DNA from: Vitrella brassicaformis CCMP3155
Lineage: Eukaryota; Protista; Chromerida
Assembly (NCBI GenBank): GCA_001179505.1
Contig: CDMY01000840.1
Span: 1 to 64,000, forward strand
Reading direction: 5' to 3'
Length of the DNA: 64,000 nucleotides
Both the position numbers and the translations under genes were made by a program. A model generated the notes under the pieces. That model was not told the DNA's origin, did no database searches, and was given only the letters and a program-made list of their open reading frames with translations. Shown piece by piece: positions 10,318-23,714 of this stretch (position 1 is the first letter of the stretch; every line of letters begins with the position of its first letter).

Positions 10318-11793
10318 ATGCCCGCTGCTCAGCCTTTGGAGAAGACCAAGAAGGTGACGGTCGAGAACAATGGCGCCCAGGTGGTGTTCGAGGTGCCCGA
10401 GAGGATGGAGCTTATCCGCAAGGTGGGCTCAGGGGCCTATGGCGTGGTCGTGTCGTTCAAGGAGAAGACCACCGGTCAGAAGGTGGCGGTCAAGAAGGTT
10501 GAGAACGCATTCAACGACCTCATCGACGCCAAGCGCATTCTCAGGGAGATTCGCATCCTCGGACACCTCAAGCATGAGAACTTCATCGGCATACAGGTGG
10601 GCGGGCAACACGCACACGGCGGAGAAAGAGAGAGAGAGCCCATGTGTGTGTTGGCTTCCATCGATTGGCTCTGTTGTGTCAGGACATGTATCCGCCCAAG
10701 AGCCCCGACTTCGAGGACATCTACATCGTGACCGACCTGATGGAGACGGACCTGCACCGAGTCATCTACTCGAAGCAGGAGCTCACCGACGAGCACTTCC
10801 AGTACTTCATCTACCAGCTCCTGCGCGGCCTCCTGTACCTCCACTCAGCAAACGTCCTGCACAGAGACCTCAAGCCCTCAAACATCCTCGTCAACAAAAA
10901 CTGCGATCTCAAGATTTGCGACCTCGGACTGGCCAGGGGGCTGGCCGAGTCGGACAGCGCCGGCGCAGATGCGCCGCTGACCGACTACGTGGTGACCCGG
11001 TGGTATCGCGCGCCTGAGGTGGTGCTGGACGCGAGCAACTACGGGCGGGCGGTGGACGTGTGGGCGGTTGGGTGCATCTTCTGCGAGCTGCTGGGTCGGC
11101 GTGCGCTGTTCACGGGCCGCGACCACCTGGACCAGATCAAGCAGATCATCAACATCCTGGGGACGCCCAAGGAGGAGGATCTGCAGTGGCTGCCGCAGGG
11201 CGGGGCGGCGCGGCGGTTTCTGACCAAGATCCCCAGCAGCAAGGGCAAGCGGCTGACCGAGGTCTTCCCCAAGGCCAACCCCGACGCACTCGACCTCGTC
11301 TCCAAGATGCTCGCCTTCGACCCCAACAAACGCATCTCGGTCGATGACGCGCTCAAACACAAATACTTCGAGGTAAGTGAAGTGAGCACTGCACACGTGC
11401 AATGCGTGTGTCCGGCCGGCAGCACAGTGAGTGTGTGTGTGTGTGTTGTGTGCAGGGTTTGCACAGCGAGGAGGACGAGCCGCGCTGCGACACCGCCATC
11501 GACTGGTCCTTCGACAACTTCCAACCCACCAAACCACTCCTGCAACAAAAGGCAACCACACACACACACGCACGCACACGCACACGCACATGCATACGAG
11601 TGAACCTTACTGTCCGTCTGTGTGCTGTGGGTGTGTGCAGGTGTACACTGAGTGTGCGGTGTTCCATCCGGACATTCTGGACCGCGATGCGGCGGCCCTC
11701 AAGGAGAAGGGGTGGGACAGGGAGGCCAGGAAGCGGCTCGCCGAGGCCGAGACGGCACGCAAGCAGAGATCAGAGGAGAGCTCTACACAATGA
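10318..11793 (+). CDS. MAPK: MAP kinase (CMGC, TDY activation loop), alveolate MAPK2-like
   Basis: Exons 10318-10596, 10683-11372, 11456-11551 and 11641-11793. Motifs [43 protein letters not shown]. Confidence 0.95.
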
Positions 11794-12656
11794 CTGACCG
11801 TGCAGTCGATGAAGACCTTCTGTGTGCCTGGCTGGTTGGTCCAGTGGCTGTGTGCGGTGAAGGTGAAGGTGTGATGAGGGCGGGCGTCAGAGATGACCTG
11901 GGTGTCACTTCCTCTCTTGAATGGACAAGGCGGAGTCGGGAATGGGTGGGCGAGTGGGTGGGTGGGTTTGTTACTCGCTGCCACGTTTTGCATGTGTGGA
12001 TGGCTGTGGCTGGTGGGGGGGGCGGGCTCTTGCTGGCATCCCATCCTCCTGCCGACGAGTGAGTGACCACTCGGGTGCATACTACATGAATCGGTGTGTA
12101 TGCGTGTGTGGTGCCCTAGTACTTAGTGCCCCCTCTCTCTATCCCTCCCTCTCTTTCTCTCTCTCCCCGTGTCTGTCGACTTGCGTATCGATTTCATGAA
12201 TGCCTCTGTGATCAATCGGCTTAAATCACTACCGATTCTTACACACACATGGACGCGTCCGACATGCACAGAACCACACAAGGAGTCTCTCACTCGCTTC
12301 GCTTAGCACGCGCGATGGACCACGCTTGGGGCGCACCACATACATGTTTTTGCGTTTGTTTGTCCGTGGCAAAAGGGGAAAACCGACGGCGCGCACGGAC
12401 ACCTGGGAGGGGAAAGCAAAAAGAGGAAGAAGGTCCGCCCGCCCCTCAGTAAGTACTTGACAAATACCCACAGCACGACACGGCACTTCACCCTTGGGAC
12501 ACGGGTAGGTACAAATACGACACAAGAAGGCGTGTGAGACGGGAGAAGCAAAGGGCCAAGGCGGCTGGTTGGTTAGTCAGGTTGTTTCTTAGTCAGATTA
12601 GCTGTACAAAAGATCGATCATCGACACACTTGTCCAGAGGGGCTAGGATTGTTTTG

Positions 12657-15600
12657 CTAGAGCAGGTAGTCGACTTCGTTGAGGTGCTCATCCAGCTCCA
12701 AGAAGCGACGAAAGGCTGACACGCAGATACACACACATAGGACACACACACGTGTCCCACACAGCAGTGCGTCCTGTGTCTGTGTGTGTATAAGCCCACC
12801 CTGAAAATCTCGAACGTTCTTGATGCGAATCAGCATCTGACCACATCCATCCAGCAGGCACCAACAAGACAAGACACCGATCAACGATTCTTCCCCGGCG
12901 TGGCCACACAGCGTGTGCCCCTTTCTTACGTCAAGGTAGTGCGACAACCGAGTCCTCCGTCCTTCCACCTCCCTCCTGCACCAGCCACCACACCACACAC
13001 ACCGCACACACAGATGCTGTGCTGCCCTTTCCCCTCCGTCCATGTGTCCCTTTCGCTTACTGGTCGGCCTGTTTGAGCGTTGGCTTGGGCACGTCGTGCG
13101 GGAAGTGCATCTCGGGGAATGCCCTCTCCAGCTGCCGCTGTAAGGCCAGGAACTCCCTGTACCGCTTGGCCACGCTCCAACCGCGGGAGCCGACGTCTAT
13201 TCGGATCGTGTAGCTCTGCAATGAAAACAGACAGACACATCGGAGTGAGAGATCCACTCCGTGAGTGAGTGAGTGAGTGTCTGTCATTGCAATGCGCATG
13301 CACGCACCTACCTGGAATTCTCTTCCCTTCCTGTCCGTGCGCCTGGACGTCTCCGGAATGCTGATGCGAATCCGCTTGCAGATGAACTCATCCTGTCGAC
13401 AGACACCACAACCACACTCCTGTCCGCAACCCATCCCCCCTGTCCGCCCCGTCCTTACCTCCTCAATCAGCTCCATTGCGTCATCAGGCACACCCGCCTC
13501 CGCACCAGTAACGCCCTGCTGCGGTGGGGGCGGCGTCACGGAGCTCGTGGCGCTCCCCTCGTCCCAGCCCTTCTTCTCCGCACTCGCTGACGTCACGCTC
13601 GACGGAGTCGCCGACACGTTGCTCCCCAGAGCGTTCATAATCGGCGCCAGAGTCAGCGAGACATTGCCGAGGCCGTACGGCATGTCCCGCGAAAACTGTG
13701 GGGCTGCTGGGGGCTGGAGGGAGGGGGAGGGAGGGGGTGGGTGGCCCTCTGCTCGCGCGCTGCATTCGCGGAGGTGGGTGGGGAACTTCTCGTACTGGAT
13801 GACCCGCCCACAGAGTCTGCAGGTCATGGCGACGCACCCCTTGATCAGCAGCTGGAACTCCCGGAGAGCGAACAGCCGCTGCCGCATCTTGGACAGCTCC
13901 CAGTGAGCCTGGCGCAGCTGGGCTGTGGGGCTGTCCTCGCCATGCTCGGGGGCCACACCGACGTCAGCACCCTGAGACAACGGCCAAGGAAAGGACACAC
14001 AGACATGTCCACACGAAGTGGAGTGAGGGCGTGTGTGTCTCCCTCCCGCTTGCTCACCGACTCAAGGGGGATTGTGAACGACTTAGGGGGCCGCGCTGGG
14101 CGAGAGGGAGGCACGGCCAGCTTCCTGTCGTCCTGCTGGTCGCCCACATCGCCCCCCTCGCTATCTGCCCCCATACTCATCCCCATACCCATCGCCATGG
14201 CCTTGGCCGGCGGGATGACACTCGCGACCTCACTCTCAGACGTCATGGACGCCCCCTCGCCCCAATCGCCTGTGTCGTGCTTCCGCCCCTGCTGCTGCTG
14301 GCTCATGCGCCGCACGGTCAGGGCGTTGTCGCCACTCGCTGCTGCTGCTGCCATAGGGGAGTCTGCGTGGTGGGGGCGGAGGGAGAGGGCGTGACGGAGG
14401 TTGCTGTTCTCGGTCTGGAGCAGCGTCACCTGAACTCCACACAGCCATTCATTCAGTCGCCGGCTGTGCCTGGTCCGTCCGTCCCTATGCCGAATCCCCC
14501 ACTCACTCACCCGTGCTTGCAGCTGTTCGAGCACTGATGTGTCGATGTCCCTCGATGTGCGCTTGACGTCAGGGCCCGTGGGGATGACGCCCTCCTCGCC
14601 AGTGAGAATGCGGATGCGCCGCTGCGCGTCGGCCAGCTGTGCCTCCAGCTGCCGCACCTCCGAGTCGTGGCGCGTCGTCGCCACACCCATCTCACACTCA
14701 TGTCTGCACACCCAGCCAGCCACGTGGAGATGAACAAGGAGGCTTGGCTGGTATGTGTGTGCCCTACCTAGTGTGGTGGGCTGGGCTTACTTGGTTTGCA
14801 TGTCGAATACGTCCTTGCTGTGCCGCTCGTCCTGCTCCTGTATCTGCTGCCTGAGCACCTTGAGCTGCTCGTAGTACCAGGTGGCCGTGCTGCTCTCGCC
14901 CTTGCCACCGCTCTTCCGTCGCTCTGCGGGGGAAGGGCCGGGACTCGCCGTCTGACACACACACACAGGCACACACACACAAGTGAGAGCGAGTGTGGTT
15001 GTTCCACTGCTGCAGCCATGTGGGGTACGGTACCTGTGTGGCGTCGCGTTCCGCCTTAAGTGCGTCGATCTCGACTGTGAGGCGCCGCTGGTCCACCTCC
15101 CACCTCTTGGATGCATCTTGGTAGTCACGCTCCAGACGGTCATCTGCACACAACGGCCGATAGATCCACGCAACGTGATAGCCATCTGAAGGAAGCGTTG
15201 CGTCCATCCCATCTGTGGGCTCACATTGTTGCTGGAGCTTGCGGTGGTCCTCCTTGAGCGTCGCTAGCTCCTCCTTGACGCTGTCTTCTTCCGCATAGCC
15301 GGGTGGCGGGAGTGACGGCTCCTCGTCATGCGCATCTCTCTCTGCTGACACCGCCTGACACACACAGGCACACAGACAGACAACAAAGGAAAACAGATGC
15401 ACCCCATCACGTGTGTCACCAGCGCTCTGTTCCTGACCTGTGGTAGGTGCTCGTCGTCAGCTTGTGCCTCAACCTCCCCCATGGTGGCCTCTGGCGGACT
15501 CGACACGCCTGATCTCCCATCCAGCCCCTCCCCGATGGCCTCAGCCGCACCGACGGCAGCAAACTGGCTAGACAGCGTCGCCGCATCCTCCCCGCATTGC

Positions 15601-15857
15601 ACCTCGCCCTCCTGCTCATGCGCTTGACCATTCACATGAATGTCGGACACGGGCTGCTGAGGCATCGATTCCTCGACAGATTCGAGCCTTGAGTGACCCG
15701 ATGCGACGGATATAACTGACAATGCCTCGTCGGCATCCCCATGGCTGCTGGATTGGGAGTAGGGCGGGTGGGGATGCGAACGGCGAGAATGCTTGTCGCT
15801 GTTCTTGCGGGAACGGACTCGCCGCACCTTGACACGCTGCAGCGACGACTCCAGCAT
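12657..15857 (-). CDS. Coiled-coil protein with a C2HC zinc finger and a C-terminal PX domain (sorting-nexin-like)
   Basis: Spliced 3' exons read SYTIRIDVGSRGWSVAKRYREFLALQRQLERAFPEMHFP...REVEGRRTRLSHYLDMLIRIKNVRDFQAFRRFLELDEHLNEVDYLL*, a PX pattern. CRLC-x11-H-x3-C at 13762-13821. Coiled-coil exons at 14-15.3 kb. The start is uncertain (15857, or 16061 if it overlaps the neighbour). Confidence 0.75.
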
Positions 15858-15945
15858 GGTGATTTCCACTTCACGCGAGTGAGCTAAGCTCGCAGACGCC
15901 GGGGACTGGGTCCACTTCCTCCTTCCCTCCCCTCCTCCAGACGGG

Positions 15946-18262
15946 ATGCTGAGACCACTGCTGTTGGTCCTTCTTGCCGTTGCTGCATGCGGCGCATCCG
16001 GCCACCGCGGCGGCATCGAGCCCGACCCTGCGTTGGTGTCGAGCACCTTCCTCAGCATCACCTCCTCGCCCAGGAACTACTCCATTGCAGTTGAAGGGGC
16101 GGCGGCAGCCAGTAAGGAAGCCGAGGGAAAGGATGCTGCTGTTGGAGGCGAGACGATGGATGGCCCGCTGCCGGTGTCATCGATAAAGCAGAACATATCG
16201 CTCATCAAGAGCAGGGGGCAGACAGAGAATGAGGCTGCCGAGCCGCCATTCAACCCCGAAGAGGCGCATGAAATGCTCATGGATAAGGTCAGAGAGATGC
16301 GCAGATGCCATCCTAAGTCCATGCTCCAACGATTTCTCTCTGTGTGCTCATGCCTGTCCCAGAATCAGACCGTGATGAGCTTTGTGGAGGCTGACGGGGG
16401 GGTGGAGATAGCGGTGGAGCAGCCCCCCTTGATGCCCCAGATCCCCCCACGACTCATGACTAGGCCGCCACGGATCCTGTCATCAGAACAGGGCGGCCCC
16501 AACAACACAAACGACTTCGTCGAACAAGGTAGCAATGGCATTCCCCCCGTCTATGTGTCTTCTATCCTGCGCCGCGTTGCAGAGAAGGATGTGGGCAGTG
16601 CTCATTTCGGGTTTGGTCGCTTCTCGATGAACCTCGGAAGAAGCCAGACCCGCGGGCGTGAGGTCAACGCCTTCCAAGCGGACTCTCTGCTCGGCATCGA
16701 CTTCGATAGGAGGTCCGCGAGCCGCACAGTAGACGACAAGACGTGTTTGTCCATGCGACTTTGCAGGTATTTCCCCACGTCGCGTCACCCTTCAGAGGCG
16801 GCATTTGTGGTCAGTCAGCACTCACCGAGACAAACAAGACCTCTTCTGTACCTCGTTTATCCATCGGTCGTTACGCGTGTCTCCCACTCACTCAGTTGAC
16901 GCCGCGTGACGACGGCCGTCGCGTGGGGGTGTGGATGATCGACTGCTACAACAAGACCTGCTGCGTGCCCGACGGATGGGACAGCGACCTCATCATGTCG
17001 TGGCTCCCATACCCCAAACGTACCGTACCCCCACCCATCTGGCCTTCCCACACCCCTCTCCGTCGTGCTGTTTGTTCCTTTGGCCTGGCCTCAGGTGCAT
17101 GGATAGCCGAGACAGGCTCTGCTCGCGTACCTGAGAGCGGTTCTTTCCCCTGGAAGACGGTGGAGATCCCTTTCAGATACAAGTACACCGAGGTGCCCAT
17201 CGTGTTTGTGACGGTGCGGACGAGCGGCGACTTCCAGGGGGTCATCGCCCACACTTTGGGACGGGTGGAGACGGACCGGTTCTTCGTGCGGCTGCAGCGG
17301 GTGGACCTGAATGTCGACGTCTCCTCCTGCAGGGAGCAGGGCTGGACGGACATCGACCATGTTTATGTCGACTGGATGGCACTCCCAGCCGAATGTACGG
17401 ACGTTTGTGCGCATTCCTGCAGGGGGGAGGGGAGCGGCATCCACGTATCGTATGTGTGTCGCTTTTGTGTCCATCCATGCAGCGGCCTTCTCTATGGATT
17501 TCTCCACATATGAGCTGTACCCGGTTGGCGGCGCTGTCCGCGGCCGCGACAAGATCCGGCTGAAGATCCCGTCAGGCTTCGCCGACTTCGTCGGAGTTGA
17601 GAACCGCACCCAGGTGGCCATCAACATCGCCAGGGAGACCCTGAAACTCGAAATCACATTCCCCAAAGGACAAGAATTCAGCAATGCACCAACAGTAGGC
17701 TTGCAGAGACAGGCAGAGAGATTTGTATCCCACCTTGTATGTGTGTCCCTCGGTGTGTATGGTGTAGGTGTGGGCGACGGTGGAGCTGCCCCATCCGCTG
17801 GGAGTGGCCAAGGACGAGGAGCATGATGCGGGGCCTATTGCTGCCGTCAGCGTGCAGAAGGTCACCACATCGGGGTTCGTCCTCAACTCCAGAAGACTGG
17901 ACTCACGTAAGGCGGACAGGACAGCTGCTGTCTCCCATGGTGACTGACAGTAACTCGTTGCCCTCTCTCTCTCTCTGTGTTTGTCTCTGTGTGTGTGCGT
18001 GTGGGTGTCAGAGTTTTCTTGGTACCCGTATAACGCCATTGTGCACTGGATGGCCATCGACACAGGTGATGTGAGGGGAGAGGGGCGAGACACAACCTTC
18101 GGTAGGAATGTGTTTGTGTCTCCGCCTGCCTTGTGTGTGTCCATCCATCTGTCTGTCTTAGGTCTGTGCACCTATCCTGACCCCGACGACCAGCCCTGGT
18201 ACTCCACCTTCGGCTTCGGAGCCGACAGGGAAAGAATCGGATGCACCACGCCAACACAGTGA
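15946..18262 (+). CDS. Secreted protein with tandem H-type-lectin-like domains
   Basis: Signal peptide MLRPLLLVLLAVAACGA. Repeats such as VEIPFRYKYTEVPIVFVTV...VETDRFFVRL...VYVDWMAL and EITFPKGQEFSNAPTVWATV...VTTSGFVLN...AIVHWMAI follow the H-lectin pattern (F..P.V, GF.L, V.W.A). Multiple GT-AG introns. Confidence 0.65.
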
Positions 18263-18707
18263 CCACCCCACCCGCCGATCGCATGATCTCTCTATCGCAC
18301 TGATGAACTTTGCTGCCGCTGTCGGTTATGCTATGCTGCGTGGCGTGTGTCTTGCTTGGGTGGGTGGATTCTTCGTGTGGTGTGGACATATGACTTACAC
18401 AAACCGTTTGTATGTATGTAAGTCATATGCGCGTGGTTGAGAGGTGGGAGGGAGAAAAATAACTCAGTCTCGCTCACTCTCACAGACAGGCATAGACATG
18501 CACAGCCAGGCACACGGATCTCTCCCGAAATAAGTTCGAGAGGTGCCGACACGCAGTCAGATGTCCAACTATACATCGCTCCTCCCTCACAGCCTCGCTT
18601 CATTCCACAGACCAACCGACCATTGAAATCGGGCCTCTTCAAGGCCCACGCACCCACGCATCGCATGCACCCATCGGTGCGATATCCATGTGGCCCTCAG
18701 TCACCAA

Positions 18708-21700
18708 TCAGTCTTTGAGTATAGGTATCTTGACAGTGTGCCCCTGCCACTCGCCCCTCAGCTCGATGGCGTCCCGCTTCAGCTGGGGGTCCAGCGCCAC
18801 GTCGATGAGGTCGACGGTGTCGTCCTCCTGCTGCTTGACCTTGGAACTCAGCAGCCTGCCATTCGTGACACACACACACATGGACACGAACACAAGTGTG
18901 CCGTCCTTTGTTGGTCTTCGCTTACGTTCTCAGCATGCTGTCGTACTTCTCAACCTGGGCCATGGCCAGCTCCTCAGCTGAAGGCACCCACACCACAGTA
19001 CAGCAACACACCGATTCATTGCTTTTTTTCCCATGGTGACACCCCGGTTCGCTGTGCCCTCTCTGAGTGAGTGCGATAGATCAAGCTTACGGTCAACGGC
19101 TCCTTCGGCGGAAGTGCTTGTCTCGTCCGAGTAGTCTTCTGGCGCTGGTGGCATGAGGATGCCCGCCGACTCCTTGGCCTTGCGCGACATCGCCTCGGCT
19201 TCCCGCTGCTGTCTGAACCCTCCCCTGCTCCTCGCACGCTGCTTGGCGCCCTCCTCGCCCCATCCCATCACCTCGTCCATCGTCGGGATCTGGGACGGCA
19301 TCTGTGGATCGAAAGGACACACAAGGGTGTGTGTGTGTGTGTGTGTGTGCGGTTGGGTGCTTGGCGCTGTGGGTGTAAGTGTGTGTGTGGACTGACCAGG
19401 AGTGTTTCCCTGTTGAGTTCGTCCCTGATGATGTCTTGGATGATGTCCTGCTCGCCCTCTGTCTGGGTCTGAATGTTGCGGATCACCTCCCATGGGTCGT
19501 CCTTGCCCGCCTCTGAATGGGAACCGTGGTAGTTACGAACACACACCAGCCACGGACACACATTCGTCTCGAAGCTGCCCGCATTGTGGTTCTCTCTCTG
19601 TGTCTATGACCGTCTGACGTACCGACGATGTATCCCTCGATGTCGTCGAGGGCAGCCTCGAGCTTCAGCCGCTCTGCACACAACGAACGCCACGACATCC
19701 ATTCATGAAGGAATGCAGCTGCACAGGTGCGTATGCGCGCGTGTGTTCGGCATCTCTCCCTCACCTCCCGCCGGCAGTTCGGGGTCCTGCAGCCGCTCCT
19801 GGATCTCCTTGGCTGCATGGCATGGCATGGATCAGAGAGGGAGGGACGAGACAGATCACACGAGTGAATGGATATGCACATCAGATGCGATGCCTGCGTC
19901 CTGACCTTCGTTCTCGACGAACTCCTCATACTCTTTGCGGAACTGGGCCAGCTCAACTGATGGATGGGACACACACGATTTGACACATGCGCACAACGTA
20001 CACGTGTGTGCGTGGGGGGTGCGTATGGCTGCCGACCTTCGTCAAACTCCTCCTCCATGACCTCGTCGAGGAACTGCAGTGCGCGAGGGTCGTATTGCTG
20101 GTTTTGCGCCCGCACCAACTGAACAATGGCATGGCACACGCATACACGTGCACGCACAGAGGTCCGTGTCACATCGATTGATCTGTGGCTGGATGTCATG
20201 CCATTTGCTCACGTCTCCGACGGCGACCGCGGCCCGCTTCTTGAGGGCCTCGGGGTCGACTCTCTTGAGGTGCCTGACGTTCATCTCCAGCCGCTTCTGG
20301 TTCTCGCGCAGCGCCTTCTCAATCACCGCAGCGTCGTCCGTGTCGGGGACGTTGTCGAACACTGCACAAAGCATTACCCACAAGTGTGTCGGTGTGTGTG
20401 TATCTGCCTGTGTGTATATGCCCTTACGGCCAAGGACGTAGCTGCCGTTGAAGTCGAGGTTCTCATACTCGAGACGGATGTTCTGATGGATGGTGTCAGT
20501 CAGACAGAGTCAATGAGTGAGTGCCTCTCTATGTGGAAGGTCTGTGCGTGTCGGTGAGGGGTGCAGCCTCACCTCAATGTCGATAGCGGCCCTTCTCTTC
20601 TTCTGCAGCTGCTTGTAGCCTTCCTTGCCCAGCATGGTCACCAGATCATACTCCTCCAGCGCGGCCGCACTGACACACACACACAAATACAGAACGTGTC
20701 ACACACAGGATCGAGAGAGAGAAGGCTGCGTGGATTTCTCACTTGTCCGCCTCCCACTGCCTCTCCTCCTGAGAACAAACAGACCCATCCACACGGACAC
20801 ACATGGACGAGCACACCACCCCACTGGCGGCTTCCGTCTTGTGTTGTGTGCGTACCCTGCTTTGTCTCATTTCCCCGCCGGCTCTGCGCCCCCCAGCCCG
20901 CCTGTCGTCCTCCTGTCCCGCCTTGAACCGCTCCATCCGCTGCCGACGGTTGCGGATGGCCATCAGACGTCGACGCTTGGCAGCCATCACCTCGTCCTCC
21001 TCGCCCTCGCCCTCAGCCTCGGGCGCCTCCTCCTCTTCGTCCGCTGGTGGTTGTGGGCGCTTCCTTCTGTCCTCCTTGCCGGTGTCTGTGAGTTGGGCCT
21101 CGTCGAAGAACCCGCCCTGCTCTTGGGTGAGGTACAGGTACTTGACCTCGGGCTCCTCGCGGTCAGTCACGATGCTCTTCAGGCGCACCTGGTGGCCACA
21201 CAGAGAGGGAGAGGGAGAGGGGGATGGGTGTATGGGGGACGGGGAGAGAGAGGCTTGCTGTGTGTCGTGCCTGTAGTGTGGTGTTGAGTCCGGCGTCTGA
21301 GGGAAGTGTGTCGACGTTGAGCTCCTCGATGGGCATCACGCCAATGAGCCCGCTGTCAGACAACTCCATGTACAGGAAGTCCTCGTCGTAGGCCACGATC
21401 TGAACGACCAACCAACCAACCAACCAGCACACCGTGACACCATTTCCATCGACTAATGCGTATGCGTATGCGTGGGTGGGATGGGTCGATGGATGGGTGG
21501 GTGGGTGACCTTTGCAGACACGCGACCGGTGGTTTTGAGGCTTTCGGCAAGACCGGTGTCCTGACCTTGGCTGCACACCACACCAGCAGACAGCGCACAG
21601 CACAAGGGGGCGAGTGACATCAGACCACATATATCGCGGCCCTCATTTCTTTCCCTCTCGCTGACTGACATACATTTTGGTCTCTGCCTCTGCGACAAGC

Positions 21701-23605
21701 GCCTCGACGTCGATCTCCTCACTGGGGTCGTAAGGCAGCATCGACAGCTCCACGCGCAGCCGGTTGGTGAGGCGCTCGGCACCAATGACGCGGTAGGTCA
21801 CCTCGTCGCCCACTTTGAACATCGCCTGCACGCACAGTACAGACACGGGCGAAGTGATATGTGCGCTTTTGGCGAGGGCATCTATCCGTCTGTCTGTCTG
21901 TCTGTCTGAGAGCCAATCAGCAACTGAACGTGAGAATGTGTTTCTCTCCAAGTGCCCATGGCAGTGCATGGGACGACAGCGAGCTGGGATTATCGTTGTC
22001 ATCACCTCTCTCCCTCTCTCTCTCTCTCTCCTCTTCCCTCTGACACACCTGTCTGCCTGCCTGCCTGCCTGTCTGCTCACCGTGAGGTTGGTCCTTGGCC
22101 TGACGTCGGGGATGTTGGAGCGGTGGACAAGGCCCTGGACGTCATCGTGCACCCCCACCCAGACGCCCAGAGAGGTCACCTGGTTGATAGGTGGACACAC
22201 AGACACACAGGGAGGAGGGCACAGGTGTTGTGTCTGTCTTGTGTGTTATATATGTCCTGTGTGAGCTACCTACCGTTGTGATCTTGCCCTTCCTCGTCTC
22301 CTTGGGGTTGGCGTCAGCGAGCTCCTCGTACACCTTGTTGTACACCGTCTGCATCTCAGCCTCCTGCACCGACCAACCAACACACACACACACACACAAT
22401 ACACCCTCCTCTCTGTGTGTCTGTGTGTCTGTGTGTGTGGCCTGACCCCACTTCCCCCACCCCACCCCACCCCACAAGCAAAGCGCATACCCTCTTCTTC
22501 CTCTCCTCAGCCATCTTGAGTCGCTCCTCCATCTCCATCTGGTTCTTGGGGTCGTACGGCAGCTTGGTCAGCGCCACTCTGTTGGTCTCGGAGTTGATGT
22601 TGATGACGCGCACATCCTTCACACTGTCCCCCAGGTTATAGGTCGAATCGGGAGTGGCGCCCTCGGGCAGACCCATCTGGTTCTTGTGCAGGAGGCCCTG
22701 CACCCCCGCACCGAGGTCGAGGAAGACGCCGAAGTCCCTGATGCTCGACACCACGCCCGTGGTGGTGTCCTCGGGACTCATTGCCGTGATGCGATTCAGC
22801 ACATCTTGACGGGTCAGACCTGCACAAGACAAGACAACACAACACGGCAATGCTTGGCCACTCACTACTCCTTCCTCGCTCCTTTCCTACATACCTGTCT
22901 TCATGGTGAATGCGAGCTGCCGCTTGTTGACGTCTCTGCGGACGACCTTGACCACCACCTTCTCGCCGATCTTGACGAAGTCGCGCACGTTGGCCACATA
23001 CGTGTCGGAGAGGTCAGCAATCGGCACCAGACCGGGACGCTCTGAGCCAACATCGATAAAACAGCCGTAGTCCTCTATGCGCTGTACACAGACAACGGGA
23101 AAGAAAGAGAAAGAGAAAGTGCGCTACTCATGGCATCCATCCCACGTACCGTCACGAAGCCGTCGAGGTACATGCCGACCTCGATGTTGCGGAAAGGGAT
23201 CTTGCCCAGGTCGGGATCGACCTCCGGCTTGGAGATCTCGCTGGGGTCGACGTCAAGACCAGCCGCCATGCGCAACACAGACCAGCGTTGTTGTCGTGAT
23301 GGTCGATGCCGCCGCACCAGTGATGGAGGAGAGCCGCTGTGCGAGGCCAATCGCTGCAGGCAGAAGGAGAGGCACGCAAGCACACAGATACATACACACA
23401 CACGCGCTGCTGCCGTGCCGTGGGCAGATCTTGTAAGGCCTGCTGACACACCCTGTGGGGCGATGAAAGAGATGCACAAGAGGACGACAAGGATGGCGGG
23501 CGCACAAACGCTGCACCAAACAACACAGAGCACACCAAACATACAAGCAGTGAGTAGATCTGCCAGCAGCAGGCGTATTGCTTGTTTGGCTGACCAGGTC
23601 TCCAT
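18708..23605 (-). CDS. Multi-S1-domain RNA-binding protein (ribosomal protein S1-like) with a probable bipartite plastid-targeting leader and a long acidic/coiled C-terminal part
   Basis: S1 motifs RIEDYGCFIDVG...GLVPIADLS, SIRDFGVFLDLGAGVQGLLHKNQM, VTSLGVWVGVHDDVQGLVHRSNI and a degenerate further copy. Leader METCVCAPAILVVLLCISFIAPQGVSA followed by a Ser/Arg-rich stretch. Many short introns. Confidence 0.75.
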
Positions 23606-23714
23606 GCCAGTGCCGCCCTCGAGAGTTCGAGCACCACGAGCACAGATCCCCACATGCCGCCTAACCGAGCCTTCATCTCGGCTCCTTCCCCTTTTTTCCT
23701 TTCACCGCACGCTT

